DNA of 63,854 bases, the filler included, from Choristocarpus tenellus KU-1152 (Eukaryota > Protista > Phaeophyceae), in NCBI GenBank assembly GCA_964200185.2. It is 10 parts of 10 records of this genome, joined end to end, with 100 filler letters (N's around TTAATTAATTAA, not from the genome) between each part and the next. Parts side by side here need not be neighbours in the genome. Positions count along the whole stretch, not along the records: positions 60,568 to 63,854 come from CAXNAD020021030.1; 9 more parts are not named here. The stretch is one strand, 5' to 3'. A program made the position numbers and the translations under genes. Of the stretch, positions 62,341 through 63,854 are shown piece by piece (positions within the stretch are counted from its first letter, which is position 1; each line of letters opens with the position of its first letter). The notes under the pieces were generated by a model, which saw nothing but the letters and a program-made list of their open reading frames with translations, ran no database searches and was not told where the DNA came from.

Positions 62341-63854
62341 CAATGTAAGTATTGTGAAGCATAGTGATCTTATTGTTGAAAGGTGTTTAGAACAAAGTTA
62401 TCGTAATACTAATAAAATGGTGAGAGGAAGGTTCTAATCTAAGTGAACTCACACGAAACAGAAAATTTAATCAAACGACCAAAGTATGAATCATATTATT
62501 CTGCTTTTCACAAAAGTACCAATATTATTGAAGAAAGAAATATTATAGAAGATATTTCAGACTATCTTTTAAGGAGATTGGAGATTGGAATAAAAAGGGT
62601 TTTCTCTACTAAATTAGATTAAATATCATATTTACACCAAATTCTCGAGTTTTTTTGTTTCTGAACTCCTCACACTTCATCAATGTTCGCTGAGGGGAGA
62701 AAGGGGAGGAACCTCCAACAGTTAGTTCAGCTCCAACAGAAGAGGGGTGGGTTTGTAGTGCCTGGGTAAACTTGTGGGGATTGTCCTGGGGAAAAAGAGG
62801 AGAACATCCAAAACTAAGCCACCCATAGTGCTCAAGCAACACCAGGAGGAAAGACACAAGGAGAGGGGTGCTGTTTGTTCTGTGCAAGGTGTGTGTGTGG
62901 CCGGGCATAAGCCCGTTGTGGGAGATGTGCTGGGGGGAAAAGAAGGGGAAGGCAACATCCACCTAAAAAGTAACCGAAGTCTTCTACCAGTAACAGAAGG
63001 GAAGCGGTACACAGGGGGCGAAAGAGGAGGAGAACCATCACAAGCCAGCAATCGCTATACTCCAGCTGCATCAGAAGGAAAGGCACAAGGTGTTTGAGAG
63101 CGTGTGATCTGCACCTGGGACGAAGGGATGATATATGTGAGGGAGAGCTTGTGCCTCCCTGAAAATTTGATGTTTTTTGTTGAGGTGAGAGTACATGTGT
63201 ACGAGTGGGGTCTGTGTACAACTACTCAAAATTCATAATGAAGGCATCACAGGCGTAGGCCCTGCCAAAGCATAGAAACAAATCATAATATTGTTGCGCC
63301 GATCATCCCCTCAACTGCGTTAACTAGAAATTGGTTGAATATGGTAGAAGGGATGATATATCGGTATAAAGAAAATAACGATTTATTTCTGATTTCGATA
63401 ATCCTGCGATACATACATGCACATTCGATATCACTGCTGCCATCGGAAAGTTTATGAAGTAATCTTTGTTTTGTGGGCGGAAGACTTCTGGTGGTAATGT
63501 GGTACAGGGGAGGGGGAGGTGAGGAAGGAAAAAGAAAAAGTAGACAAGGGGTGAAAGAAGAGTTAAGTACTGAGTGATTAGGAGGCAGAAGAGGCAGGAG
63601 AGAAGTTGAAGAAGTGGTTGGTAGGTGGAGGCACAAGGTAAGAGGGAATGGTCAGTATGTAAAGAAAATCGAGGGCTAGTTGTACAAGACAAGGAGTGGC
63701 TAGAACAAGACAACCTCTGAGCAAGCTCTCCCGCCCGCCCACCCTGCCGCTTGCTCACAACCGATTAGGACGTTGGGTAAAGGGAGAGGAGATCAAGTTC
63801 GGGCGGGGTAGATGTCTTCTAGTTCAAAGGCACGGTATGAAGTGGATGATGAAG

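Noticed and set aside
60588-63854. Exon-like fragments (60616-60770 +, ~61523-61742 +, ~63790-63854 -)
   Set aside because: No recognisable domain or consistent splice chain, so a gene call is not supported.

Overview
Eukaryotic, intron-rich genomic DNA from a photosynthetic stramenopile, probably brown-alga-like. This is an inference from a plastid HSP90 with a bipartite ASAF-type presequence and from the GT-AG multi-exon genes. The window is about 10 contigs joined by ~100-nt N spacers carrying the artificial six-frame stop linker TTAATTAATTAA, so most genes are partial. Host genes: a FYVE-domain protein, a putative uDENN protein, the 5' part of cohesin SMC1, a complete plastid-type HSP90, an ARM-like protein, a C-terminal fragment of prolyl-tRNA synthetase, a GW/WG-repeat protein, a CDF metal transporter and a bromodomain protein. 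Mobile DNA: a decayed ~4.9 kb tyrosine-recombinase retrotransposon (gag-CCCH, RT, RNase H, YR) with an inverted-repeat end structure, a high-copy MITE family with apparent 4-bp TSDs, a Stowaway-like MITE, a tRNA-derived SINE-like head and several minisatellites. The best leads are the periodic Trp (GW/WG) repeat protein, a candidate Argonaute-binding scaffold, and the end architecture of the YR retroelement. Exon boundaries were read by eye and no database searches were run.
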